64,000 bases of DNA from the human T2T-CHM13v2.0 reference genome, Homo sapiens, in the NCBI RefSeq assembly GCF_009914755.1, contig NC_060927.1. One strand, given 5' to 3'. This document shows positions 20,587-46,960 of the stretch, piece by piece (positions within the stretch are counted from its first letter, which is position 1; each line of letters opens with the position of its first letter). The notes beneath the pieces were generated by a model. The model saw nothing but the letters and a program-made list of their open reading frames with translations, was not told the DNA's origin and did not search any database. The position numbers and the translations under genes were made by a program.

Positions 20587-21549
20587 GTGAGAGAGCCCCG
20601 GGCCACACCGCTGCCCCCAGTCCCGCTCCCCGGCGTCGTTCGCGGTGTTTCTCATCCGAGCTTCTGAGTCAGAAGCTTCGCCTCACCAGCCCGCCTTTCC
20701 ACGGCTCCAGTCAGTATCTTCCTCACCTCCCCTCAAGATAAAGATTCTCTTTTCTTTGGATCGAAGTTCTGCTCCTTAACCCATCCCACTTCCGTGATCC
20801 ACTTTTCAAACAACTAGGTAGTTTGCCTCACTCATTCAACTTTTGACAGTTTTCCCCGTTAAAGACAGACCACCACTCTTGTACCTTTTAATGCCCTCAT
20901 CCTACTTTTCTCCCCGGCCTCCAGATAGACTTCATTATATTAAATAATCCCGGCCACCTTAACATGGGCTTAGTTTCTAAGTTTCTAAGTTTCTAGTTTG
21001 CTTTCACTCCACGTTTATCTCATCTTTTCCAAGCTCTGATTTTTAACCATTTGTTTTCATTATTTTCCCCCAAGTTCTCTTTAGTTCCCTCCACTATATT
21101 GGAGGCTTACAAGTGAGTGTAGTTCTAGTCATCCTGCTCACTTACAAGATACAGGCTTTTATAGAACGTCCACGGGCACCACCTAACATACTGCTTTGTC
21201 CTGCTGTTATTGGCTGTTTCCTTGCTAACTTTTTAATAGTTCCACATTGATGGTGTCTCTCTTTTTCTATTTGTCATCTAACGTGCTGATTACAGTTTCG
21301 CTGCATCCTTCCTGCATATTCCGCCCGCCTTCATATACAAAATAAAAATGTCAAGGAACAAGTTGTGGTACGGCTGAAAGGACTCTCAGGCCGAATAAAC
21401 AAAGGGTCTTGGTCTTGAGTTGAGTTGAATGGTTAACAGCTATTCAGTATAGCAGTCAACCAAGATCATATATAAGAGAAGATAAAGTCTGATTGCAATG
21501 TGTTAAACATAATGAATGCATTAGTAACTAAAACGATAACATCCCCCCC

Positions 21550-27835
<6,286 letters not shown>

Positions 27836-28731
27836 TTAAAATACACAAACTAAAAGTTTAAAATTGTTTATGAGAAATTGTTATTGTTTGTATAGAAGAG
27901 CTATTTTCATACCCTCTTTATTTTGGAAGTGTAAACCTTTGTATTTGCTGAAGAGTCAACTAACTTGTCTTATTGATAGCTTCTCTTCATAAATTCTAGT
28001 AGTTGAACCTAGATGCTATCTAAGGGATTATTTGATTTGGTAAAATGAGATTGGTGATTTTTTTATTGTATAAGTCATATCCAGCAAGTAGGCTGAGGAT
28101 CTAAGGTAGTTTGTGTTTACTAAAATTTTTCATAAACTTTAGAGCTGCTAGGATTAAAGTTTCTGTTTTATGTAAAATATAATTCTTTTTGATGACAGCA
28201 TTGCCCATATGAAAACTGTACATCTCAACTTTTTGGTATAAAAATATCAAATATAAACAAAAGTAGAGAAAATAGTTTGATGAACTTCCTTATACCCATC
28301 ACCAAGCTTTGCCAATGATTAATTTATGGCCAGTCTAGTTTCATGTTTCTATTGCACACTCTCCCACTCCATCTCTGGATATTTCAAAGCAATTCCCAGA
28401 TACCATTATTTTATCCATAAACGTTTCAGTATTATCTGTAAGATATAAGGATTTTTCTTTTTTGTATCTTTTGATGTTTTAAGAAGTCTGTTTGAGGAAA
28501 TACTACAATTTAAAATTTTGGTCAGTGATGAAACGGTTGGCAGTTATTTTTAATGTTATTTATTCTGTTAGTATTCCATCCTGAAACTTCAGCCATTATT
28601 TGGAAATACTTGTGTTATTTTAAAATATATAACTTCGTTATTTAAAAACATACAGCGTGAAGTTTGGGTAATTTTTAATATTTAAGAAAAATAAAATTGT
28701 TATTTATTTGGTCTGTTTTTCATCTTTTTAG

Positions 28732-29088
28732 ATACGTGCTTTTCAACATGCCTTCAGCACTAATGACTGCTCCAGGAATGTCTACATTAAGAAGAATGGC
28801 TTTACTTTACATCGAAACCCCATTGCTCAGAGCACTGATGGTGCAAGGACCAAGATTGGTTTCAGTGAGGGCCGCCATGCATGGGAAGTGTGGTGGGAGG
28901 GCCCTCTGGGCACTGTGGCAGTGATTGGAATTGCCACAAAACGGGCCCCCATGCAGTGCCAAGGTTATGTGGCATTGCTGGGCAGTGATGACCAGAGCTG
29001 GGGCTGGAATCTGGTGGACAATAATCTACTACATAATGGAGAAGTCAATGGCAGTTTTCCACAGTGCAACAACGCACCAAAATATCAG
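28732..29088 (+). CDS. FBXO45: FBXO45 exon 2 (119 codons, SPRY domain)
   Basis: Acceptor TTTTTAG|ATACGT; IRAFQHAFS...[23 protein letters not shown]...SWGWNLVDN...APKYQ; donor CAG|GTGAGA. Confidence 0.96.
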
Positions 29089-29721
29089 GTGAGAAACTGG
29101 GGTTTTTCTCAAGTATGGGCCTTTGTCAAATCACGCCTTAATTTGTTTTAAATTTACAAATTTTTATATAGCAGTTTTTGTCTTTTTGGTAATTTTTATT
29201 TTTATTATTTTTTTATTTTTTCAGATACCCAGACTTCAAGGAGATTTTTTTTTTTAATGTTAGGGGGTTATAGTTAATTTTGTTGGGTGTTATATTTTGA
29301 TTTTGGCTATGCAGAAAAATATTCTTTTTTTTTTTTTTTTTTTTTTAGACAGAATCTCACTCCGTTGCCCAGGCTAGAGTGCAGTGGCGCCAACTCGGCT
29401 CACTGCAACCTGCACCTCCCAGGTTCAAGCAATTCTCTGCCTCAGCCTCAGTAGTTGGGATTACAGGCGCCCACCACCATGCCTGGCTAATTTTTGTATT
29501 TTTAGTAGAGACAGGGTTTCACCATCTTGGCCAGGCTGGTCTTGAACTCCTAACCTCGTGATTCACCTGCCTTGGCCTCCCAAAGTGCTGGGATTACAGG
29601 CGTGAGCCACCATGCCCAGCCTCAAGGAGATTTTTTGACCATTTTTAAATAAATGTATAAATGATCTATCTCAATATTTGTTTCCTAATACAACTTTAAG
29701 CAGCCTATTTTTGCTCCAGAT

Positions 29722-29974
29722 CAGGGGTTGGCAAACTTTTTGTAAGGGCCACGTAGTAAATCTTTAAGTCTTTGCAGTCCATATGGTCTCTGTCACAACT
29801 TTTTTTTTTAATGTCATTTTCAAGGTAAGGATCTATCACGAGTTTCAACTCTATTTATAGTACAAAAGCAGTCATCGATAATACGTAAATGAACGAACAT
29901 GGCTGTATTCCATAGACCTTATTTATGGGCTGCAGGACAGATTTGGTCCAGGGGCTGTAGTTTGCCAGTTCATG
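29722..29974. mobile_element. MER58A hAT-Charlie MITE
   Basis: CAGGGGTTGGCAAACTT...GTAGTTTGCCAGTTCATG. Confidence 0.8.
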
Positions 29975-29982
29975 CTCTATAT

Positions 29983-30196
29983 CAAGCTTGTCCAACCCAC
30001 AGCCTGCATGCAGCCCAAGATGGCTTTGATTGTGACCCAATGCAAATTCATAAACTTTCTTAAAACATTATGAGATTTTTTTGCAATTTTTTTTTTTAAA
30101 GCTGATTAGCTATCTTTAGTGTTAGTGTATTTTATGTGTGGCCCAAAACAATTCTTCCAGTGTGGCCCAGGGAAGCCAAAGGATTGAATACCCCTG
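29983..30196 (-). mobile_element. MER30 hAT-Charlie MITE
   Basis: CAAGCTTGTCCAACC...GGCCCAGGGAAGCCAAAGGATTGAATACCCCTG with 8-bp TSD. Confidence 0.85.
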
Positions 30197-30809
30197 CTCT
30201 AGATGGTCATCTTTCCTGTATCACGGCACATCCAAATCTTTTTCTAGGCTCCTTACCCCAGTAAATACAGCTCTGTGCATGCACATGTTTGTGGATTCAA
30301 AGCCCCTGGAGGCATCAGTGAGTTCTGCAGAGACAGGCAAATTCAGGCAAACTGCTGTATTTTTTATTCTTTTCATCTTAGGCTTAAGGCATACTCATTT
30401 GACTCAAGTTAAAATTATAGTTCCTATTTGTAAAAGCCGTATTTATTACTACAGACTTAACAGGGTGTAATATACAATAATCTGATAAGAAATTGGAAGT
30501 CTTTAAAGAACTATAGATTGCATATTTCAGAGCCACCTGTGGCGTGAAAGTTCCAGCCTCAGTAATGACCTCAAGTCAGGCATACTAAAGCAGAAGAACC
30601 AAAAATACATCCCATTTTCTGAGGTATAAAAGCTGGAAGGATTTTTTTCATGGAATGTTTCCTCACTATCCTTTTAGGCTCTGCGGATACTATAAGGAGA
30701 AGGGTGTGTAGACTTTATCACTAAAAACGAAGTCCTGTCGCCACCCTTGTAATGATTTTGTAAGTGAAAGTCCTTAAGTCTGTTTTTCAGAGAACATGCT
30801 CTATGGTTT

Positions 30810-34947
<4,138 letters not shown>

Positions 34948-35023
34948 TCAGGTGGAACATTTAAATTGTAAGTAATTAAGTGTAGATTCCATGTGAGTCT
35001 TAAAAACAAAACTATCAAAGTAA

Positions 35024-35269
<246 letters not shown>

Positions 35270-35412
35270 TGACTAGAAAGCTTCCCTTCTGATTTTTCTA
35301 GATAGCTTTCAGGATAATATTCTTAATATTTTCAACTTCTTGATTTGTGTCTTGTTTCTTCTAGCTACACCCTTGGCAGATTTTCTTCTAACCTTTTGAT
35401 ATCTGTTTGCAG

Positions 35413-35598
35413 ATAGGAGAAAGAATTCGAGTCATCTTGGACATGGAAGATAAGACTTTAGCTTTTGAACGTGGATATGAGTTCCTGGGGGTTGCTTTTA
35501 GAGGACTTCCAAAGGTCTGCTTATACCCAGCAGTTTCTGCTGTATATGGCAACACAGAAGTGACTTTGGTTTACCTTGGAAAACCTTTGGACGGATGA
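35413..35598 (+). CDS. FBXO45: FBXO45 exon 3 coding part (61 codons + stop); spliced protein 286 aa
   Basis: Acceptor TTTGCAG|ATAGGA; [18 protein letters not shown]...[25 protein letters not shown], the SPRY C-terminus. Confidence 0.96.
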   Translation: MGERIRVILDMEDKTLAFERGYEFLGVAFRGLPKVCLYPAVSAVYGNTEVTLVYLGKPLDG

Positions 35599-37962
35599 CA
35601 GTGGCTTTCTTGTGATGACAGACAGAATGGAGGAGAGATCTGCTTATGGGAAGTAGAACCATGAAGTGACTGTCACACATGCATGTCCAAGAAACATCCT
35701 GAAAACACATGAAGTCGTAAACTGGAGAAGCAGCTCTACAGCAGAGATTATCTTCGTGTTTCCTCTTTCTACTGGGCCAGAAAAATCCTCAGGGTTGCAG
35801 TTGGTTGAGTGGGCAGTTGACATATGCATGTTGCACCCGATGTTGTCTCTAAGTTAGCAATGTGTTATTTCCAGCTTTAAAGGTGAGATTGTAGAGATGC
35901 TGTCAAAGGGATAAGGAAATAGCAAGATTTTTAAGTAGTGTGTTTGTGAAGACTGATCCCATTTTACAACTGCCTGTTCTTTCTCCAGTCCTTTTTTTTC
36001 CAGCCAGCTTGACTATTAGAAAAGTATGAAACTGGTTGGGTTTTATTTAATATTTTTAATATATTGAGAAGCATGGTCTGCCTGGACTGCACTTCTCTAA
36101 AAGTGAGATATAAAATTGTGCAGCTATTTTAAAAGTTGTATATAATATGTGTGTAAAAAAAAAAACTGTAAAAAAGAAAGGACAAACAGGTTGTTTTGTT
36201 CTAGTTCTAATTTCTTAAAAACCACTACATGGTTACAAAATTGGAATAACATTTGGGGACAACTGGGTTAACTACAAAGAAGAGGATTTTAAGAGGAGAT
36301 GTGTTGTATTGACTCATTTTGTATTATTTTTGGCTTACAGTTCCCATAGCTGTTAGAGTCTGGTTTGTTTTTGTTTTTACTCTCAAAATCATAGTAAAGA
36401 TCTCTCAGTCTCCTGGCTAAAGATTGAAGGAAGGCAAATCTATTTCTAATTATACATATATCAGTAAGGATGATCTCAACATAATAGTAATGTGTATCTT
36501 TTGGTATCCAGTTTTATTTTTGGCCTTCTAAGAAAGTGTCTCATAACACAGAACATTGCCATTTGCTCTTGTAGGCCTCAAATATGAAAGCTATTAGTCA
36601 TAGAGCCTAGGAAAAAAAGAATTGATTAATGGTCCTTTTATTTTGTAACCTTATAAATGCTGTAGATATTATCAAAAAAATTTTAATTTCATATTGTTTA
36701 CATCATGCAACTAATCTAAGCCTCAAACTCGTTATTGGGGCTATAAAGAAAACGTTTACTTACCCAGCTGAAACAGGTTAAGAATATTCTTAATCTCATT
36801 ATAGATAATTGCCCCCATGGGACTTGAAATACAACACCTTGTGCTGAAAACTTCAGGTTGGCAATATTTGAAGGTTTCGTTGTAGAAGAGTTTAACATTA
36901 ACTCCTATTTTGACTTACAAATCTTGTTTCTCATCACTAAAATGCTTTTGAATTAATAATCCAACCCACATGAGCTGAGAGTTTTTCTTTTGTTAGAAAA
37001 GAAACAGACATCTTTCTGTATGAAAGTATAAATTGTATGGTTTTAGATACATAAGAATTGACAAAAGCGAGCGAAATCTTTGTACTTCTGAGTTCTTGCT
37101 GTATGTATGTTTTGTTTTAAATCTGATTAGGGACACCCAGCAGCTGGCCGGGATTCTTGGATTGCTCCTTGGGAGTTAAGATTGTCAATACTCCTGTGAA
37201 GCAAGGGATTTCAGCCATAGAACAAAGATTTATTGTTGCCACCTGAAAAGTTTACAAGTATTTATTGTGTATTTGATACATTGCTTGAAAAGATGAAATC
37301 TGTTAAAGATTCTTTTCGATGTCCAGGTTAAGAAGAAACCTCCTTGTATTGAGTGAAACTATATGTTAAATGTATTAGAGAATGTAGGTGGTATAGAAAT
37401 TGATTTTTCTTGGTGTAGAACAACTCAGTTCGGCAAAGTTTAAAATTTGATTAAACAAGAGAAGTGGTTCAGGTTGAAGATGGACTTGTTAGGAAGTGAT
37501 CAAGTCCTTTAAGTACTTGTTTCTTTTTCAGGTTGTGATGTGGCCATTCCGAATTTTGTTGAGAGTTTGGTTTATAATTGTCTCTTTTGTCTTGTTAGTA
37601 AACATTCATTTGCAACAGTTTTGAAGGTGCTGAGTGGAAAACCGAAACACATGGTTATTGCGTATTGGACCTAGAATGAAATAATTGCCTCAATATTTAA
37701 CAACAAGCCATTCTTATCTCAAAGATTTAAATTCCCGAATGTCCCATTCGCAAATCATATGCAATTGAAGTGAGCAGCATGAGCATCTGGGTCATGAGGG
37801 CCTTCATTTACGTAAATTTGTCACTAAAACCCAGTAGTAGCTCTACAAAATCTTAAACTGCTGCAGTGCTCAAGGAGATGGAATATCTTTGTCATTGGTG
37901 CTGAGGAGAGCATTTCGGTAGAAGACAGTTGCGCCTGAAGATTGAGTGTAAATCATTCAAAC

Positions 37963-38141
37963 CAGTGGTTCTCAGTGTTGGCTGTATACACTTTGTAGTC
38001 ACTTTGGAATGTTGGAAGACACATCGATGCTTGGGTTCCGTATGCCAAGATTCTGATGTTGGTCTGGAATATGAGCTGGTCATAAGGATTTTTAAAAACT
38101 TTCTGGTCATTTCAATATGCTGCCAAGGTTGAGAACCACTG
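37963..38141. mobile_element. MER5-family MITE in FBXO45 3' UTR
   Basis: Perfect 12-bp TIRs CAGTGGTTCTCA / TGAGAACCACTG, 179 bp. Confidence 0.8.
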
Positions 38142-38834
38142 TTGTAAAATTCACCTTGAGTTTTCTCATCTGCAAAATAGAAAAAAAAAATCCTTGCTCC
38201 CTCCCTTCACTACCTCACAAGGATATTGAGGGTAAAGGAGAAAATAATGGGAAAGTGCTTGTGCCGTGGATGAAAAGTGCTATTAAAAGTCAAAGGAGTG
38301 TTCTGTTTCAATTCATAGTATGATCAGGGAAAGTGTAACTGAGTATACTTTGTTGACTTGGGAAACCTGGAGCACTTTCTTTGGTTGGTTAACGAAGCAT
38401 GCAGATGTGGAAGCAGACGTTACTATTATCCCTACTATGGTCTTCTGTCATACTGAGACAGGCTGTTTTAATTACCTGGTTTTACATAGGAAAGAAGAAA
38501 TATTAAGGCTTAAAGTTTGTAATGATCAATGGCTCATAATTCATTAAATCTTTTCATACAAGGAATTTGTGGTTAATGTCATTTCATAGTTGCCATTATT
38601 TTCTCATTATTTGACTTGAATGTTAAGCCATTTATTTCATCTCCCTCATTCACATAAAGTGTAGATATGGATTCAATAAGACACCAAAAGAAAGTAAGAT
38701 TTACCCAGTTAATATTTAAAATCATTGTTCAGTGATTAGGCATTTTCTGCCTTTTAGAATTATTTGACTGGAGAAAGAGTTTCAAAAATAGCAGAGCCCT
38801 AAACCATAAAGAAACTACTACTGTATAATGAACT

Positions 38835-39637
<803 letters not shown>

Positions 39638-40317
39638 AGAAATTTAAGGAGTTTTAAAGGTTAGCATTGAAAAGATTACTTTCCAGAAATCGAGACCACC
39701 ACAGTTCCACAATTGGGACTGTGGTAGATAATCAGGACCACTTGGAAGCCTTTATTAGGAACAGCCCACACCCAGCCCAAATGCTGTCCTCAAAAACATT
39801 CCTCAGTTTCTCTAGCTGAATGTAATCTCTCCTTGAAATTTCCCTAGTTTTATATATCTATAGTTGACTCATGCTGTATTTATTTATACCTTGTTTAAAA
39901 TTATTTATTGATTATTTATTGGTGTCATATCGCCCCTAAACTGGGACAGGATCTCTAACGGACTCATCTTTGTGCCACAACATGTAAGCCCAATAGGCAG
40001 GTGCTCACATATTTGCTGAAGGAACAGAGAAAGAACTGCGGAGAAAGACAAAAGCTCCTCTGAAGTTTTAGACTATAGAAGCAAAAATTATAGTAGCAAA
40101 AGATGAATGAGAAATTCTGTTCTAGTCCCAGTGAAGCAGGAAGGAAAGGGTTGCAAACTTGAGGCTGGTAAGGAAGAAATAATTACTGTGAATGCATTTA
40201 GCCACTCCCCTCTACTCAAAAATACTGGTAAACTCTGATTTTTATATTTGTTTAGAATTTAAATTAGAATTCTGTATCTTTATTTTTTGGAATTCTGTTG
40301 TTTTGCCTTAGTTTCTT

Positions 40318-40323
40318 AATAAA
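40318..40323 (+). terminator. Candidate distal FBXO45 poly(A) signal AATAAA
   Basis: Canonical hexamer with U-rich upstream context and TGTGATTG downstream. Confidence 0.65.
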
Positions 40324-40733
40324 AAGTTAAACATTAACCACCTGTGATTGCTTACATTTAAAGACATTTTTTACACATTGGTTAGAAAGAAAAATTGGGG
40401 TGCCTTAATAGCCAGAGGTGGTGATGGAATTTACCTATAAATTCCATGGCTTTAATAATAGAATCCACATTCCCCATGTTTAGAATGGAAAGTGGACAGA
40501 GAACAGTAATTCACTAGGGTCTTATTTCCCAATTGCCTCTACCGCCCCCCACCCCACCCTCCTGCTGACATTTGTTTGATAATGCAGTTGTTTGCCAAGA
40601 ATTATGAGAGACAGGCATGCTATTCCTGAACTGGCTGAATACACGGCTCCTGTGATCCAAAAGCTTAAAAGAGAATCAGTTGATGATGTTGCTAAACAAG
40701 TTGGCTGATATGTTAAAGTTCAAAGCATTTTAA

Positions 40734-40900
40734 TTTTTTTTTTTTTTTTTTTTTTTTTTTGAGACAAAGTCTTGCTCTGTCACCCAGGCTGGAGAGCAGT
40801 TGATGTGCTCTCGGCTCATTGCAACCCCTGCCTCAGGTGATCCGTGTGCCTCGGCCTCCCAAAGTGCTGGGATTACAGGCATGAGCCACCGTGCCCAGCC
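40734..40900 (-). mobile_element. Internally deleted Alu with TSD CAAAGCATTT
   Basis: Both Alu ends present, middle absent. Confidence 0.8.
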
Positions 40901-41959
40901 CAAAGCATTTAAATTTTATAAAAGAAAAATAGGTGTAAATGTTCTGTATTTGCCGCTTTGTTTAGTGGAAAGAGACGCCAGAGACAGCTTTACCAGTCTG
41001 TTGTCCTGATTTCTTTTTTGGATCCTCCCTCGAACTGTTTGCTTCTTATTTAATGTGTTCACTAAAATACTGTTGAGAGCAACATGTTCTCTAGTCTTCA
41101 GAATAATAGTTTGCTGAAAGAAGTAGCCCTTTAAGATTTAAGATTGTTATTCAGCTTTTGTATGTAGGATTTCATGATGAGTGGCTCAAGAAGTAGGAAT
41201 CATTTGGGGAGTTTCCTTAGGTCACCCTGTTGATAGTGTTTAATTTCTGTTTAAGGCAGGAAAACATTAAGAAAAGATTAGAGAAGTCAAGTCCTGTCTA
41301 TGCTATGATATGATACTTGTACACCATGTTATATTTCTGCCCCCTTTCCTGTATAAATAAAATGGGGATAAAATCAAGTAATGGTTTTGAGGTCATAGCT
41401 CCCTTAAGAAAGTCTCCCTGAAATAATGTATTAAAATTCTAGCGTCTCAAGTTAGATTCATTAGAGGCATATTGTAGTGGGAACAGACCAGATATCTTTG
41501 TTTATTTTAATATAGCTAACTTGTTCATATTCCCAACCCATGTTTAAAGAGCATATGATTGATCTGTGCCCCCTTGTTGGTCATCTTCACCTTGGAAGGA
41601 AAGGAGGCTTAAGGTTGCAATGAGAGTTGTTGATGACATCTCTAACCCCTCAGTAGGCCAAAGAGTGATGTAGTTCATGATCCAATTGCCCAGAACAGCA
41701 CGGACAGATGGTTACTTTGCTAAAAGACATGTTGGTAGCAAAGACACTGCTCTGAGCAGAGACTGGTGGCAAAGCCCAGCGCAATCCACCCTTCTGAGCA
41801 CAGCCTACAGGAACTTCAGTGCCGACGGAGTCACGGAGGCCACTCTAGGTTTTACATGGCCATAGTTGAGCTTCTGAAATTTTGAAGGATCTCCCTGCCC
41901 ACCCAGCTACTAGTCATCCACTTGGTAATGTAGACAGAATGAAAAAGGCAGGAAAGATC

Positions 41960-42520
41960 ATTCATCAAATTATTTTCTAACATCCGTTATCTAGCAGGCT
42001 TTTACCAGGTACTAGAGATGGAAAGATGAGAAGGAAAAATCGAAGTTGCTGACAAGCTTCTGTGAAAGCAAATGTGGAAACAGACTACTGTGAAACTGAG
42101 GTAACTGCTTTAACGAAATTACAGGTGAGGTCCAGGGTGGCATAGGAGAGGGAATAGTTAACCTGGGGCGATGTTTAAGCTGAGCTTAGAAGATAGTAGG
42201 TGGGAGCTAATGAGGATAAATCCACTGTTCCAGGCAAGTGGGATAGGACGTGCTATGATACGGAGGCACAGATAGGTCCGCTATGTCTGGAACCATGCTG
42301 GACAAGTGGTGGGGGAGGGCATGGAACAGGGAAATTGCGTCTGGATTATAATTGCCATACCAAATAGTTTGGGTTTTGTCTATTTTTTCATGGGGGAAGC
42401 CATTCAAAAGTTTTCAGCAGGGGCATGATTAGCTACAAAAACCAATATCTGAAAGGTGGGAGTCAGGAGGTCTAGGCAGAAAATGATGAGGACCTAAACT
42501 AAGGTGACTAAAGATGGAGG
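41960..42520 (-). mobile_element. L2 fragment
   Basis: CATTCATCAAATTATT...CCAGGTACTAGAGAT...GGGAAGCCATT...CAGCAGGGGCATGA. Confidence 0.55.
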
Positions 42521-42604
42521 AGGGATGTATTTAAGAGAATGCAGGAACACATGTGGACACCATTTGTATGTCAAGAGTGAGAAGCTTTTTGGTGCAGACA
42601 TTTA

Positions 42605-45651
<3,047 letters not shown>

Positions 45652-45771
45652 CTAACCAAAGCTGAGCAGCTGCACCTGTGGTTTGTCACATCTTAAAATC
45701 AAACTTCTTATCTCTGATAAAAGGAGATATAATGATTGAAAATTGCTACAGGAAAGAAACAATAAAACCTA

Positions 45772-46540
45772 ATGTCATGGGCTGAGTTGCATCCCCTTGA
45801 AAATTTATATGTTGAAATCCTCCAGTACCGCAGAATGTGACCTTATTTGTAAATGGGGTCATCTCAGATGTTACTAGTTAAGATGAGGTCATACCAGAAA
45901 AGACTGGGTCCCTAATTTAAGATAACTGGTATCCTTATGAAAAAGAGATTTAGACGCAGACATGCACACAGGGAGGATCCCATGTGAAGATGAAGGCAGC
46001 GATCAGGGCCATCCAGCAGATGCCAAGTGCCAAAAACTGCCAGCAAACCAACAGAAACCGGGCAGCGGCGCGAAGCAGATTCTTCCGCACCACCCTCAGA
46101 GGAAACCAGCCCTGCTGACACCTTCATCTCAGACTTCTAGCCTCCAGGACTGTGGGACGATACTTTTTTCTTTTTTTTTTTTTTGAGACGGAGTCTCGCT
46201 CTGTCGCCCAGGCTGGAGTGCAGTAGTGCAATCTTGGCTCACTGCAAGCTCCGCCTCCCGGGTTCAAGCAATTCTCCTGTCCCAGCCTCCTGAGTAGCGG
46301 GGGTTACAGGCGCCCACCACCATGCCCGGCTAATTTTTGTATTTTTAGTAGAGACGCGGTTTCACCATATTGGTCAGGCTCGTCTTGAACTCCTGACCTT
46401 AGGTGATCCCCCTGCCTCGGCCTCCCAAAGTGCTGGGATTACAGGCGGGAGCCACTGCGCCCGGCAAGGGACGACACATTTTTGTCGTTGAAGCCACCAA
46501 CTTTGTGGTACTTTGCTGTGGCAACCCTAGGAAACACACC
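45772..46540 (+). mobile_element. MLT1B/C-like LTR interrupted by Alu(-) 46165-46465
   Basis: TGTCATGGGCTGAGTTG...AGAATGTGACCTTATTTG...CCTGCTGACACCTT...GGCAACCCTAGGAAAC. Confidence 0.8.
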
Positions 46541-46689
46541 TTTTAATTTTTCTCTCTACCAATTCTATTTCTTTCTGGAGGCAACTTTGATTTTGTGTTT
46601 GGTTGTTCGCCGGAACCATGGGAAAGGCCAGGAACAGTTTTAAGGTGTTAAGGTTTGTTGGAAGGTCTTTGTCAGGTTGCATTCGTAAC

Positions 46690-46960
46690 CCAGTGTTTGT
46701 AAAGTACTTAGTGTAGTGGTTAGGGGCATGGATTCTGGGGTCATGAATTCAAACCCACGTTCTACCACTTACTAGTTCTGTGACCCTGGGTGGGACATTT
46801 GATCCCTCCAAGCCTCAGTTCCCTTATCTGTAAAATGGGGGGCGGGGGGAATCGTGCTACTTACTTTAAAAGGTGATGTGAGCATTACATGAAACGCACA
46901 TTGAGCCACTTAGAACAGTGCCAGGAGTGTAGTAAGTATTCACTGTATTTCTCATTATTA
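46690..46960 (+). mobile_element. MIR
   Basis: GTAGTGGTTAGG...CCACTTACTAG...GCCTCAGTTCCCTTATCTGTAAAATGGG...CTTAGAACAGTGCC. Confidence 0.8.

Larger units (their letters stand above)
19600..20700. promoter_or_regulatory. CpG island / bidirectional promoter WDR53-FBXO45
   Basis: Very high GC and CpG content; GC boxes (GGGGCGG ~20047, ~20121, ~20161); ETS-type ACATCCGG ~19903; NRF1-like GCGTGCGC ~19938; YY1-like CATGGCGG ~19969; divergent first exons. Confidence 0.9.

Noticed and set aside
20084-20655. Antisense and alternative-frame ORFs over FBXO45 exon 1
   Set aside because: Pro/Arg/Ala-rich shadows of GC-rich coding sequence.
19633-20667. 344-aa ORF as a single-exon gene
   Set aside because: It starts at TTG, contains FBXO45 exon 1 in frame and runs past the donor at 20586; the open frame is explained by GC content.
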